This document shows, piece by piece, positions 19,020-28,217 of a stretch of 32,000 nt of DNA. The DNA comes from Nitrosospira multiformis ATCC 25196 (lineage in GTDB: Bacteria > Pseudomonadota > Gammaproteobacteria > Burkholderiales > Nitrosomonadaceae), in contig NC_007614.1 of assembly GCF_000196355.1 (NCBI RefSeq), positions 1,890,001 to 1,922,000 of the forward strand, read 5' to 3'. The translations under genes were made by a program, and so were the position numbers. The notes under the pieces were generated by a model that was not told the DNA's origin, did no database searches, and saw only the letters and a program-made list of their open reading frames with translations. Each line of letters starts with the position of its first letter. Position 1 is the stretch's first letter.

Positions 19020-20816
19020 ATGATGCAGCCCCCTGATCTTCCCGATATCGAACAGCAGATCGCAATCATATGCCAACGGCACGGCTGTGAGCCCCATCGC
19101 CTGCTTCAGATCCTGATCGACGTGCAGGAGATGTACTGTTTTATTCCCCCTGAAGCCATCACCTTCATTGCCAGGCATCTCAATCTCCCGCGGGTGAACG
19201 TGGAAGGCGCTGCCGGTTTCTATTCGTTTCTTTCGCTCGAACCCGCAGGCCGATACCGCGTCCTGTTTTCCGACAACGTGACCGATCGGATGCTGGGTAA
19301 CGAGGAACTAATGCGCCATTTCTGCAACAGGCTGTGGCTTGAGCCTGGCAAAGTGTCGGAGGATGGACTGATCAGTACAAACTTTACTTCCTGTACCGGA
19401 ATGTGCGACCAAGGACCGACCGCGCTGATCAATGGATGGCCGGTTACCCGCTTAAGCAAGGAGCGCATTGATCTCATCGCCGATTTGATCCTCAGCAAGT
19501 CCCCTGTTTCTGACTGGCCGTCTACTTTGTTCGAGGTCAACGACAATATTCGCAGGACCGATCGGCTCCTGGGCGAACCGTTCGAACCTGGCTCGGCGAT
19601 CAGGGCAACACTCATGCGTGGCGCCGATGCGACACTGGGTGAACTCAAATTGTCCAGATTGAGAGGGCGCGGTGGAGCGGGATACGCAACGGCGGACAAG
19701 TGGACCGCTTGCCGGGATTCTGAGGGGACAGCGCGTTATATCGTTTGCAACGCGGATGAAGGCGAGCCGGGGACATTCAAGGATCGTGTTTTGCTGAACC
19801 GTTACGCGGATATGGTGTTTGAAGGCATGACCGTAGGCGCGCGACTGCTGGGTTCCACAAAGGGGTTTTTGTATCTGCGCGGGGAATACCAGTATCTCCT
19901 AAAAAAACTTGAAGAGGTACTGGCACGGCGGTGCGAGGCTCGCCTGCTGGGCACCGATATCCTGGGCGAGCCAGGGTTCGATTTCGATATCGAGATCCAT
20001 CTGGGCGCCGGTGCGTATATATGTGGGGAAGAATCCGCGTTGATCGAATCGCTTGAAGGGAGGCGAGGCAAGCCGCGCAACCGCCCGCCGTATCCTGCGC
20101 AGCATGGCTATCTCGATCAGCCCACAGTCGTGAACAACGTGGAAACGTTTGCCTGTTCAGCCATGATCGCCGTGCATGGAGGCAAGTGGTTCGGGGAGAC
20201 GGGTACATGGGAATCAAGTGGCAGCAAGATTCTCAGCATCGCCGGCGACTGCACCTTGCCGGGCATTTACGAATATCCGTTCGGCGTGTCCGTGCGGGAA
20301 ATACTGCAAGATTGCGCTGCGGAAGAAGCCTATGCTGTTCAAGTCGGCGGTCCGTCCGGCATTCTTGTTTCCTGGAAGGAATTCGAGCGCAGCATTTCGT
20401 TTGATGACTTGCCCACCGCGGGCGCCTTTACCATATTCGGGCGCGGCCGCGATATCTTGGAGGCGGTGCGCAATTACGCCCACTTCTTCGCGCATGAAAG
20501 CTGCGGTTTCTGCACGCCCTGCCGGGTAGGAACGCAGTTGCAGAAAAAGCTCGTGGATAAAATTGCAGACGGTCATGGCACGGCCTCGGATCTCGAAGAA
20601 CTGAAGCATTTGGGACATCTCATGAGAACCATGAGCCATTGCGGACTGGGACATACGGCTCCGAATCCGGTGCTGGATATGCTGGAAAAATTTCCCGGCG
20701 CTTACGAGCAAAAGCTCACCAGCCTGTCCTTCGAACCCGCATTCGATCTGGATGCCGCACTGGCGACAGCGCGCAGGATCACCGGCAGAGACGATCCATG
20801 GGCCCACTTGCCATGA
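19020..20816 (+). CDS. hoxF: NAD-reducing [NiFe] hydrogenase diaphorase subunit HoxF (NuoE-like plus NuoF-like fusion)
   Basis: NuoE-like N-terminus followed by FMN/NAD-binding 'SRLRGRGGAGYATADKW', 'CNADEGEPGTFKDR', 'LGAGAYICGEESALIESLEG', [4Fe-4S] 'ESCGFCTPCRVGT'. Confidence 0.94.
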   Translation: MMQPPDLPDIEQQIAIICQRHGCEPHRLLQILIDVQEMYCFIPPEAITFIARHLNLPRVNVEGAAGFYSFLSLEPAGRYRVLFSDNVTDRMLGNEELMRHFCNRLWLEPGKVSEDGLISTNFTSCTGMCDQGPTALINGWPVTRLSKERIDLIADLILSKSPVSDWPSTLFEVNDNIRRTDRLLGEPFEPGSAIRATLMRGADATLGELKLSRLRGRGGAGYATADKWTACRDSEGTARYIVCNADEGEPGTFKDRVLLNRYADMVFEGMTVGARLLGSTKGFLYLRGEYQYLLKKLEEVLARRCEARLLGTDILGEPGFDFDIEIHLGAGAYICGEESALIESLEGRRGKPRNRPPYPAQHGYLDQPTVVNNVETFACSAMIAVHGGKWFGETGTWESSGSKILSIAGDCTLPGIYEYPFGVSVREILQDCAAEEAYAVQVGGPSGILVSWKEFERSISFDDLPTAGAFTIFGRGRDILEAVRNYAHFFAHESCGFCTPCRVGTQLQKKLVDKIADGHGTASDLEELKHLGHLMRTMSHCGLGHTAPNPVLDMLEKFPGAYEQKLTSLSFEPAFDLDAALATARRITGRDDPWAHLP

Positions 20817-21550
20817 CCAGCACCATTACGATCGACGGAAAGACAGTGCCGTTCACCGAGGGGCAGACCATCATGGATGCGGCGCTCGCAGCCAAGGTTT
20901 ATATTCCCCACCTTTGCCATGATCCCGAGTTCAAACCCCACGGCAGCTGCAAGTTGTGTGTAGTGGAGGCCAATGGACGTAACGTCACATCCTGCACCAT
21001 GCCTGCTTCCCCCGACATGGTGGTGATCAACGATACGCCCGAGCTGAATGAGGATCGCAGGGCGCTGGTGCAGATGCTGTTCGTCGAAGGCAACCACATC
21101 TGCCCGGCTTGCGAAGCGACGGGAAATTGCCAGTTGCAGGCGGCCGGCTACTACCTTCGCATGCAAAGCCCTCACTTCATGCACTTCTACCCCCCTCGCA
21201 GGGTGGATGCTTCGCATCCCGACATTTTTCTCGATCTCAATCGCTGCATTCTGTGTGAGCTCTGCGTTCGCGCCAGCCGCGATATCGATAAAAAGAACGT
21301 GTTCGGCATTTCAGGGCGAGGCATAGATTCTCATCTTGCGGTCAATTCCGAAAGCGGCAGATTGGGCGACACCGACATGGCGGTAACCGACAAGGCCGCG
21401 CATGTTTGCCCCACCGGCGCTATTCTGATCAAACGCAAAGGTTATACTGTACCCATAGGGCAGCGGATATTCGATCAGAAGACGCTGCGCGAATTCCATC
21501 TGGAGCAGCAGAAGCGAGTCGAGTCTGAGGATGGACCGGATGGCGGATGA
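20813..21550 (+). CDS. hoxU: NAD-reducing hydrogenase diaphorase subunit HoxU
   Basis: NuoG-like N-terminal ferredoxin motifs 'CHDPEFKPHGSCKLCVVE', 'HICPACEATGNCQLQ', 'LDLNRCILCELCVRAS'. ATG at 20813 overlaps the hoxF stop. Confidence 0.93.
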   Translation: MTSTITIDGKTVPFTEGQTIMDAALAAKVYIPHLCHDPEFKPHGSCKLCVVEANGRNVTSCTMPASPDMVVINDTPELNEDRRALVQMLFVEGNHICPACEATGNCQLQAAGYYLRMQSPHFMHFYPPRRVDASHPDIFLDLNRCILCELCVRASRDIDKKNVFGISGRGIDSHLAVNSESGRLGDTDMAVTDKAAHVCPTGAILIKRKGYTVPIGQRIFDQKTLREFHLEQQKRVESEDGPDGG

Positions 21551-22088
21551 AAAACCCAAGATTCGCATCGCGACCTGTTCCCTGGCAGGATGTTTCGGCT
21601 GCCATACCTCACTGCTCGATATCGACGAGCGGCTGTTTGATCTTATGGAGATGGTCGAATTCGACCGCACTCCCTTCACGGATATCAAGCATTGCGGTCC
21701 GTGCGATATCGGCATTGTCGAAGGCGGGGTCAGCAATGCCGAGAATGCCCGGGTGCTTAAGGAATTCCGCGAGAATTGCAACGTGCTGGTGGCAATCGGC
21801 TCCTGCGCGATCACGGGTAACGTTCCAGCGCTGCGCAACAATATCGATTTGTGGGACTGCTTTCAGGAGGTGTATTTGTATGACTCTGGAACAGAAGGCA
21901 AGCAGATACCCAACGATCCAGAGTTGCCGCTTCCATTCGACAAGGTGTATCCCATCTACGAGGTCGTGAAAGTGGATTATTTCCTGCACGGCTGCCCTCC
22001 CCCTGCCGATGCGATCTGGAGATTTCTCACTGCCCTGATCCAGGGAAGAGAGCCGGAGATCGGTTATGAATCGCTCCGGTACGATTAG
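21531..22088 (+). CDS. hoxY: NAD-reducing hydrogenase small subunit HoxY
   Basis: 'TCSLAGCFGCHTSLLDIDE', 'VAIGSCAITGNVP', 'VDYFLHGCPPPADAIW'. Confidence 0.94.
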   Translation: MDRMADEKPKIRIATCSLAGCFGCHTSLLDIDERLFDLMEMVEFDRTPFTDIKHCGPCDIGIVEGGVSNAENARVLKEFRENCNVLVAIGSCAITGNVPALRNNIDLWDCFQEVYLYDSGTEGKQIPNDPELPLPFDKVYPIYEVVKVDYFLHGCPPPADAIWRFLTALIQGREPEIGYESLRYD

Positions 22089-22153
22089 GATATTCCCCTT
22101 GTGCTGTCCCTTGCCTGCACCAATAGCGGTCGGAAGGAATATGGGAGTAGCGG

Positions 22154-23635
22154 ATGACATCTGAACTGGAAACTGCCGCGAATCCAGAGAAGCTTAAGCG
22201 GATCGTAATCGAACCGGTCACCCGCGTGGAAGGTCATGGCAAAGTGACCCTCCTGCTGGATGAGGATAACCGGGTGCAGCAGGCGCGCTTTCACATCGTC
22301 GAATTTCGCGGCTTCGAGAAATTCATTCAGGGACGTCCCTATACGGAAGTACCGGTATTGGTGCAGCGCCTCTGCGGCATTTGCCCGGTGAGTCACAATC
22401 TTGCCGCTTCCAAGGCGATGGATGTGATCGTGGGGGCAGCGCCTCCCCCCGCGGCCGACAAGCTGCGCCGCCTGATGCACATGGGGCAAATGCTGCAATC
22501 GCACGCGCTGCATTTTTTCCATCTCTCCTCTCCCGACCTGCTCTTCGGCTTCGATGCGGAAGTGGGGAAACGCAACATCGCCGGTCTTGCCATGCAATTC
22601 CCCGATATCGCCAGGCAAGGGGTCGGATTGCGCAAGTTTGGCCAGGAAGTCATCCGCATGACGAGCGGCAAGCGCGTACACGGCACAGGCGTGATTCCAG
22701 GCGGCATGAGCAAAAATTTATCTCGCGAAGATCGGGATTGGCTGCTCGCCGAGATAGACCAGGTTGTGCGCTGGAGCCAGCAAGCAGTGAACCTTATCAA
22801 GCGTCTTTATGGCGAGCATAAGGATTTTTACAACAACTTTGGCTATTACCGCTCGAGTTTCATGAGCCTCGTGCGTGAAGACGGGGCCATGGACCTGTAT
22901 CACGGGAACCTCCGGGCTATAGATGACAAGGGCCAGACCATTTTCGACCACGTGGATTACAGCCACTACGGGGATTACATCCACGAAGAAGTGAAGTCAT
23001 GGTCTTACATGAAATTTCCGTTCATACGTTCCCAAGGCAGGGAGGAAGGCTGGTACAGGGTGGGGCCGCTGGCGCGCGTCAACAACTGCGATTTCATCCC
23101 TACTCCTCTGGCGGAGGCCGAGCGCAAAATTTTCAAGGAATATGACGGGGGGCGTGCGTCCCATGCCACGCTCTCCTTTCACTGGGCGCGCATGATCGAA
23201 ATGCTCCACTCTGCGGAGGCGATACGGGAGCTATTGCACGATGACGATTTGCTGAGCGACGACCTGGTGAACATCGGGGAACGACAGCTGCGTGGCGTAG
23301 GCGTAATCGAGGCGCCGCGAGGAACATTGATCCACCACTATCGGATCAACGAAGACGAGCAGATCGTGCGCGCCAATCTGATTGTAGCCACTACGCATAA
23401 TAATCAGGCGATGAACGAAGCCATACGCCAAGTGTCGTTGCAATACCTCGACGGGCAGCAGCTTACCGAAGGCTTGCTCAATTATATCGAGGTAGCGATC
23501 CGCGCGTTCGACCCCTGTCTTTCCTGCGCGACTCACGCCTTGGGAAAAATGCCGCTGGAAGTGGAGCTGGTGGATGCGGAAGGAGCAAGAGTAAAGAGAA
23601 TAATTAAGGATTCCGATGGGGGGTACCGCGCTTAA
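22154..23635 (+). CDS. hoxH: NAD-reducing hydrogenase large subunit HoxH
   Basis: N-terminal [NiFe] motif 'VQRLCGICPVSHNLAASKAMD', C-terminal 'RAFDPCLSCATHALG' followed by the tail removed during maturation. Confidence 0.96.
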   Translation: MTSELETAANPEKLKRIVIEPVTRVEGHGKVTLLLDEDNRVQQARFHIVEFRGFEKFIQGRPYTEVPVLVQRLCGICPVSHNLAASKAMDVIVGAAPPPAADKLRRLMHMGQMLQSHALHFFHLSSPDLLFGFDAEVGKRNIAGLAMQFPDIARQGVGLRKFGQEVIRMTSGKRVHGTGVIPGGMSKNLSREDRDWLLAEIDQVVRWSQQAVNLIKRLYGEHKDFYNNFGYYRSSFMSLVREDGAMDLYHGNLRAIDDKGQTIFDHVDYSHYGDYIHEEVKSWSYMKFPFIRSQGREEGWYRVGPLARVNNCDFIPTPLAEAERKIFKEYDGGRASHATLSFHWARMIEMLHSAEAIRELLHDDDLLSDDLVNIGERQLRGVGVIEAPRGTLIHHYRINEDEQIVRANLIVATTHNNQAMNEAIRQVSLQYLDGQQLTEGLLNYIEVAIRAFDPCLSCATHALGKMPLEVELVDAEGARVKRIIKDSDGGYRA

Positions 23636-23656
23636 CTATCTACTATCGATCTGGAA

Positions 23657-23905
23657 ATGGGATTCCCACTTAAAACAACATTAAGGCGATCGCAATGTTT
23701 TTATCCCTCATTGGAACTGCTCGGAATAACTAACGAAAGAAAAAGAGCGGCTATACAAGCAAGGATCTTTACTTACCCTATCACCCTGCTTGAAAGCGCA
23801 AGGGGATCAAAACTCTATGATTTCTCTTATACTAAAAATAGATCGGCTGCTGTTCAGCAGATGGTTATGGATACCTCTTTGACAAATAATAGAAAGGAGT
23901 GGTGA
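23657..23905 (+). CDS. Small hypothetical ORF (82 aa) between hoxH and the PEP-CTERM gene; may be non-coding
   Basis: Open frame only; its stop lies immediately before the next ATG (23907). No recognisable family and no clear ribosome-binding site. Confidence 0.2.
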   Translation: MGFPLKTTLRRSQCFYPSLELLGITNERKRAAIQARIFTYPITLLESARGSKLYDFSYTKNRSAAVQQMVMDTSLTNNRKEW

Positions 23906-23906
23906 A

Positions 23907-24629
23907 ATGAAAATTACTTCGTTTACAGGTATCCTTACATACGCCTTCCTATTCTTATTTTCAGGATTTGCACAGGCTGTTTCGGTTTCTGTCCCGGGAA
24001 CCGCCAACCCTTACCTGGCAGGAATGCCGGATGGATCAACCGCCCTGCCTGACCGGGCTCCTTATCAATCCCCGGTAGAGGTCACCGGGTTAAACCTTGC
24101 AACTAGCGGAAAATTGACATTTACAGGGGCTACCGGTGGCGTTAGCAATACTCCTACCTGCGATGGAACAAATTGCAGTTCCATTGACGGTAACGTATAT
24201 AACGGCGTCCTGTTCTATGATCATGGGGAGGATGCCCAGAATGGGATATCGGACATCAAGGCGCCGATCAATTCGCTGGTTGGCGTATTTTTGACGGACA
24301 GCAGACCTGATTTGACCCCGGCGCCTTCCAAACTGGACTTTGAGGCAACTGGCCTGAATTTTACCGCTCTGTCGCCGGAGCTCAAGCAAGTGTTCTTTAT
24401 TGGCGATGGGATGACATCCGACGGCACAATACAGCAATTTTCCATTCCATCTTCTGCCACCCGTCTTTTCCTCGGCACAATGGATGGGGGCGAATGGTTG
24501 AACAATAGCGGTGCCATCCTGGTCAATGTCGCTCAAGTAGTACCCGAACCAGAGGTTTACTCCATGCTCTTTGCCGGACTCATACTTTTGGGGTGTGTAG
24601 CAAAGAGGCGGAGAAGCCGGGAAGCCTAA
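23907..24629 (+). CDS. PEP-CTERM sorting domain protein (secreted, 240 aa)
   Basis: Signal peptide 'MKITSFTGILTYAFLFLFSGFAQA', C-terminal 'VPEPEVYSMLFAGLILLGCVAKRRRSREA' (PEP motif, TM helix, basic tail). Shine-Dalgarno-like 'AAAGGAGTGG' precedes the ATG. Confidence 0.88.
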   Translation: MKITSFTGILTYAFLFLFSGFAQAVSVSVPGTANPYLAGMPDGSTALPDRAPYQSPVEVTGLNLATSGKLTFTGATGGVSNTPTCDGTNCSSIDGNVYNGVLFYDHGEDAQNGISDIKAPINSLVGVFLTDSRPDLTPAPSKLDFEATGLNFTALSPELKQVFFIGDGMTSDGTIQQFSIPSSATRLFLGTMDGGEWLNNSGAILVNVAQVVPEPEVYSMLFAGLILLGCVAKRRRSREA

Positions 24630-25138
24630 AGATCTCACGCATTTCAGATTTAACACCTCCCCTACTGGTCTTCGGATACGGCAACCCCAGCCGGGGGGAC
24701 GATGCCCTGGGGCCCCTGCTGATAGAGCGCCTGGAAGCGCTTGACTTGCCCAATGTAGAGCTGCTCACGGATTTTCAGCTCCAGATCGAGCATGCTTTGG
24801 ACCTGCAGAGCCGCGAAAGGGTGTTGTTCGTGGACACCAGTATCTCCTGCGTACCACCTTACGCCTTTTCCCGGCTTCTTGCGCGCAAAGATGTCAGTTT
24901 CACTAGTCACGTGATGAGCCCAATAGCACTCCTGTACGCCTATCTGAACCTATATGGGCCTCCTCCTCCTGCTTATCTAATTGAAATTCGCGGAGACTGC
25001 TTCGAACTGGGAGAACCCCTCGGTCCTCGAGCTGCTGCCAATCTGGATGCCTCCTTCCAGTTGGCAAGGAGGTTATGTTCAAATCTCGATTTGTGTGCAT
25101 GGGAGGAATTTGTGAATCATGAGCAAGCATTACCTTAG
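24593..25138 (+). CDS. hoxW: Hydrogenase maturation protease (HoxW-like) for HoxH
   Basis: 'PLLVFGYGNPSRGDDALGPLLIERLEAL', 'LTDFQLQIEHALDLQSRERVLFVDTSIS', 'SFTSHVMSPIALL'. Only a GTG at 24593 gives a conventional start, so the N-terminus is uncertain. Confidence 0.87.
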   Translation: MCSKEAEKPGSLKISRISDLTPPLLVFGYGNPSRGDDALGPLLIERLEALDLPNVELLTDFQLQIEHALDLQSRERVLFVDTSISCVPPYAFSRLLARKDVSFTSHVMSPIALLYAYLNLYGPPPPAYLIEIRGDCFELGEPLGPRAAANLDASFQLARRLCSNLDLCAWEEFVNHEQALP

Positions 25139-27788
25139 TCCCCTTTTTACGCCCAGGTCGGTTGCCGTATTCGGCGCAAGCAATACCTCAGGCAAGGTCG
25201 GCTACGTCGTGTTTGAAAACATGTTGAAAAGCGGTTTTCAGGGGGCGCTCTACCCCATCAATCCTAAATATCCCGAGGTACAGGGAAGACCGGCCTATTC
25301 TTCCATCGGTGTGATTCACGAGCCGGTTGAACTGGCTGTGATTGCCACGCCACCTCAGACAGTGCCTGGCATCATCGAGAACTGCGGCAACGAGGGCGTA
25401 AAGGCGGCGATCATCATTACTGCCGGTTTTCAGGAGGAAGGAGATCGCCTGGAGGAGCAATTGCTGGCCACCGCCCGCGCTTTCGGTATTCGCCTTGTCG
25501 GCCCCAACTGCCTGGGCATCATGCGCCCCTCGATCGGGCTCAATGCCACGTTTTACAAAGGGGGAGCCAACAGCGGGAACATCGCGTTCGTCTCCCAGTC
25601 CGGCGCGCTCTGTACCGCCATTCTCGATTGGGCGCAAAACAACGACGTAGGCTTTTCAAGCATCGTCTCGATGGGCTCATCGACCGATGTCGATTTCGGG
25701 GAGATTCTTGATTATCTGGTGGCTGATACTGCCACGCAGAGCATTCTGATGTATATCGAAGGAATCCGGGATGCCCGCCGGTTCATGAGTGCGCTTCGCG
25801 CCGCGACCCGGCTCAAACCCGTGATCGTTGTAAAGGTCGGCCGCCATGCGGCGGGGGCAAAGGCGGCGCGTTCACATACCGCTGCACTGGTGGGAGCCGA
25901 TAATGTGTTCAATGCAGCACTCAACCGGGTGGGTGCGGTGCGTGTGCAGACCGTCACCCAACTCTTTACAGCAGCGAAGGCGCTATCGCTCAATTTCTGC
26001 CGATTCGGCAATCGGCTCGCCATCGTCACCAATGGCGGAGGCCCGGGCGTCATGGCGGCTGACCGGGCTGAAGACTTGGGCCTGGTCCTGGCGCCCCTTG
26101 AGGATGCCACGCTTCAATACCTTGATCAGCATCTGCCTCAGCATTGGTCCCACGGAAATCCGGTCGACATTATTGGCGATGCCGGAGCGGATCGCTACCG
26201 CCACGCGGTGAAAGCCTGCCTCGAAGATGAGAACGTGGACGGAGTGCTGACTATCCTCACCCCACAGGCCATGACGGCGCCCCTCGAATCGGCACAGGCG
26301 CTGATAGCCCTTTCCGCCGCGCACTGTAAGCCACTGCTAGCCTGTTGGATGGGCGAAACACAAGTTGCCTCGGCGCGGGAGGCCTTCGCCCGGGCCCGTA
26401 TACCCTACTTTCGTACCCCCGAGCCCGCAGTTGAGGTTTTCTCCCATCTCTCGGCCTATTACCGCAACCAGCAATTGCTGGGACAAATGCCGGGGCCACT
26501 TTCGCATTATCTCGAACCCAACGTGGAAAGCGCTCGGGTCATTATCGAAGGGGCCATGCAGGAACAGCGGACAATATTGACGGCAATGGAATCCAAGGCA
26601 GTTCTGGCGGCATTCCATATTCCCGTCGCTCCGACGATGCTCGCCCGCTCCCCGGCCGAAGCACTTCTCATCGCGCAGCAACTGGGATTTCCAGTAGTGA
26701 TGAAAATCAACTCACCCGATATCACCCACAAGACCGACGTAGGCGGCGTCTTGCTCAACCTGAAAAATGCCCACGAAGTTCGTGCCGCATATCAGGATAT
26801 GCTGGATACCGTGCGGGAGAAACGCCCTGAGGCACATCTGGAGGGGGTTTCCATCGAACCCATGATTCGCAAGGCCAATGGCCGGGAATTGATGGTCGGG
26901 GTTACCAGCGATCCGGCGTTCGGACCCGTCATCACATTCGGGCCGGGCGGCACCGATGTCGAGATCAGGAGCACGCCTGCGATTGCCCTGCCGCCGCTAA
27001 ACAAATTTCTGTCAAGAGAACTGATAAGGGAAGCCAACATTGCCAGGCTGCTGGGCGCATTTCGCCAGATGTCTCCGGCTAACCTTGGAGCGCTGGAAGA
27101 CGTGCTCTTGCGCGTCTCGGAAATGGTATGCGAACTGCCCTTCCTCAAGGAGATGGATATCAACCCGCTCATCCTCGATGAAGCAGGTGCCCTGGCTGCA
27201 GACGCCCGCATCATTGTGGAATACCGTAAACCCGGCGCTGATCGCTATGCGCACATGGCCATCGCCCCCTATCCGGCCCACCTCGTCAACCATTGGCAGC
27301 TGGCCGATGGCACCGACATCATCATTCGTCCAATCCGCCCGGAAGATGCCGAACTGGACCAGCGGTTCATTCGCGGGCTATCGAAGGAATCCCGGTACTT
27401 CCGCTTCATGCAGGCAATGCAGGAGTTGCCGGAAACGCTGCTCGCATCGCTCACCCAGATTGACTATGGCCGGGAGATGGCGCTCATCGCCGTTACCGAG
27501 GATAAAGGCCATGAAGCCGCCCTGGGCGTTGCCCGTTATATCATCAATCCGGATGGAAGCACCTGCAATTTCGCCGTGGCCGTGGCCGACAGCATTGCCG
27601 GAAAAGGATTGGGAGGAAAACTGATGGTTTCCCTGATGGCTGCTGCCCGGGAGCAGGGACTGAAAGAGATGGAAGGCAGCGTACTCAACAACAACCACCG
27701 CATGCTCAAATTCATGAATGATCTCGGTTTCGCCATCAAACCCGACAAGGAGGACCACGGACTCATGAAAGTGAGCAAGGTGTTGTAA
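25119..27788 (+). CDS. NDP-forming acyl-CoA synthetase (ACD alpha/beta) fused to a C-terminal GNAT acetyltransferase domain (Pat/PatZ-type architecture)
   Basis: CoA-binding domain 'VAVFGASNTSGKVGYVVFENML', 'NPKYPEVQGRPAYSSI', 'GPNCLGIMRPSIGLNATF', ATP-grasp 'GFPVVMKINSPDITHKTDVGGVLLNL', C-terminal GNAT core 'AVAVADSIAGKGLGGKLMVSLMAAAREQGLKEMEGSVLNNNHRMLKFMNDLGF'. Confidence 0.92.
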   Translation: MSKHYLSPLFTPRSVAVFGASNTSGKVGYVVFENMLKSGFQGALYPINPKYPEVQGRPAYSSIGVIHEPVELAVIATPPQTVPGIIENCGNEGVKAAIIITAGFQEEGDRLEEQLLATARAFGIRLVGPNCLGIMRPSIGLNATFYKGGANSGNIAFVSQSGALCTAILDWAQNNDVGFSSIVSMGSSTDVDFGEILDYLVADTATQSILMYIEGIRDARRFMSALRAATRLKPVIVVKVGRHAAGAKAARSHTAALVGADNVFNAALNRVGAVRVQTVTQLFTAAKALSLNFCRFGNRLAIVTNGGGPGVMAADRAEDLGLVLAPLEDATLQYLDQHLPQHWSHGNPVDIIGDAGADRYRHAVKACLEDENVDGVLTILTPQAMTAPLESAQALIALSAAHCKPLLACWMGETQVASAREAFARARIPYFRTPEPAVEVFSHLSAYYRNQQLLGQMPGPLSHYLEPNVESARVIIEGAMQEQRTILTAMESKAVLAAFHIPVAPTMLARSPAEALLIAQQLGFPVVMKINSPDITHKTDVGGVLLNLKNAHEVRAAYQDMLDTVREKRPEAHLEGVSIEPMIRKANGRELMVGVTSDPAFGPVITFGPGGTDVEIRSTPAIALPPLNKFLSRELIREANIARLLGAFRQMSPANLGALEDVLLRVSEMVCELPFLKEMDINPLILDEAGALAADARIIVEYRKPGADRYAHMAIAPYPAHLVNHWQLADGTDIIIRPIRPEDAELDQRFIRGLSKESRYFRFMQAMQELPETLLASLTQIDYGREMALIAVTEDKGHEAALGVARYIINPDGSTCNFAVAVADSIAGKGLGGKLMVSLMAAAREQGLKEMEGSVLNNNHRMLKFMNDLGFAIKPDKEDHGLMKVSKVL

Positions 27789-28217
27789 GAATAGTACGCA
27801 GCAATTCAATTGCTTGCCACTCTAGCGGCGGAACAGTACCTAAAAATGGTGTTCAGTATGGTTTTGTCTGAGGTGCGTTCTCATCAGTATCGGCATTGCT
27901 ATATCGGTGAAGCGTTTGGGTAACATCAGTGTCATAGTGAGGTTTGATCTGATACTGACTGTCAAATTCAAGTGATTGCTTTGGGCGTAAAACAGCCTGT
28001 CACTACTGCTCGTGCCGCAGTGTTGTAAAACCAGGAGTAAATGTCTTTCGCTGATAGCCTGATCGGCTCATATACTTTTCCCTTGACTGATCTAAACTGG
28101 ATTATGAGAAATGACGGGAGTTGGACAGTATCTCTGATGGAGAGCACTATCGATGCGCTTCCCATAAAATCTCGATTGTCCTGAATCCCTAAAAACCGTT
28201 CTTACCGAGAGAAAATC

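Noticed and set aside
27789-28217. Possible insertion-sequence remnant
   Set aside because: No terminal inverted repeats, target duplications or transposase motifs could be recognised by eye.
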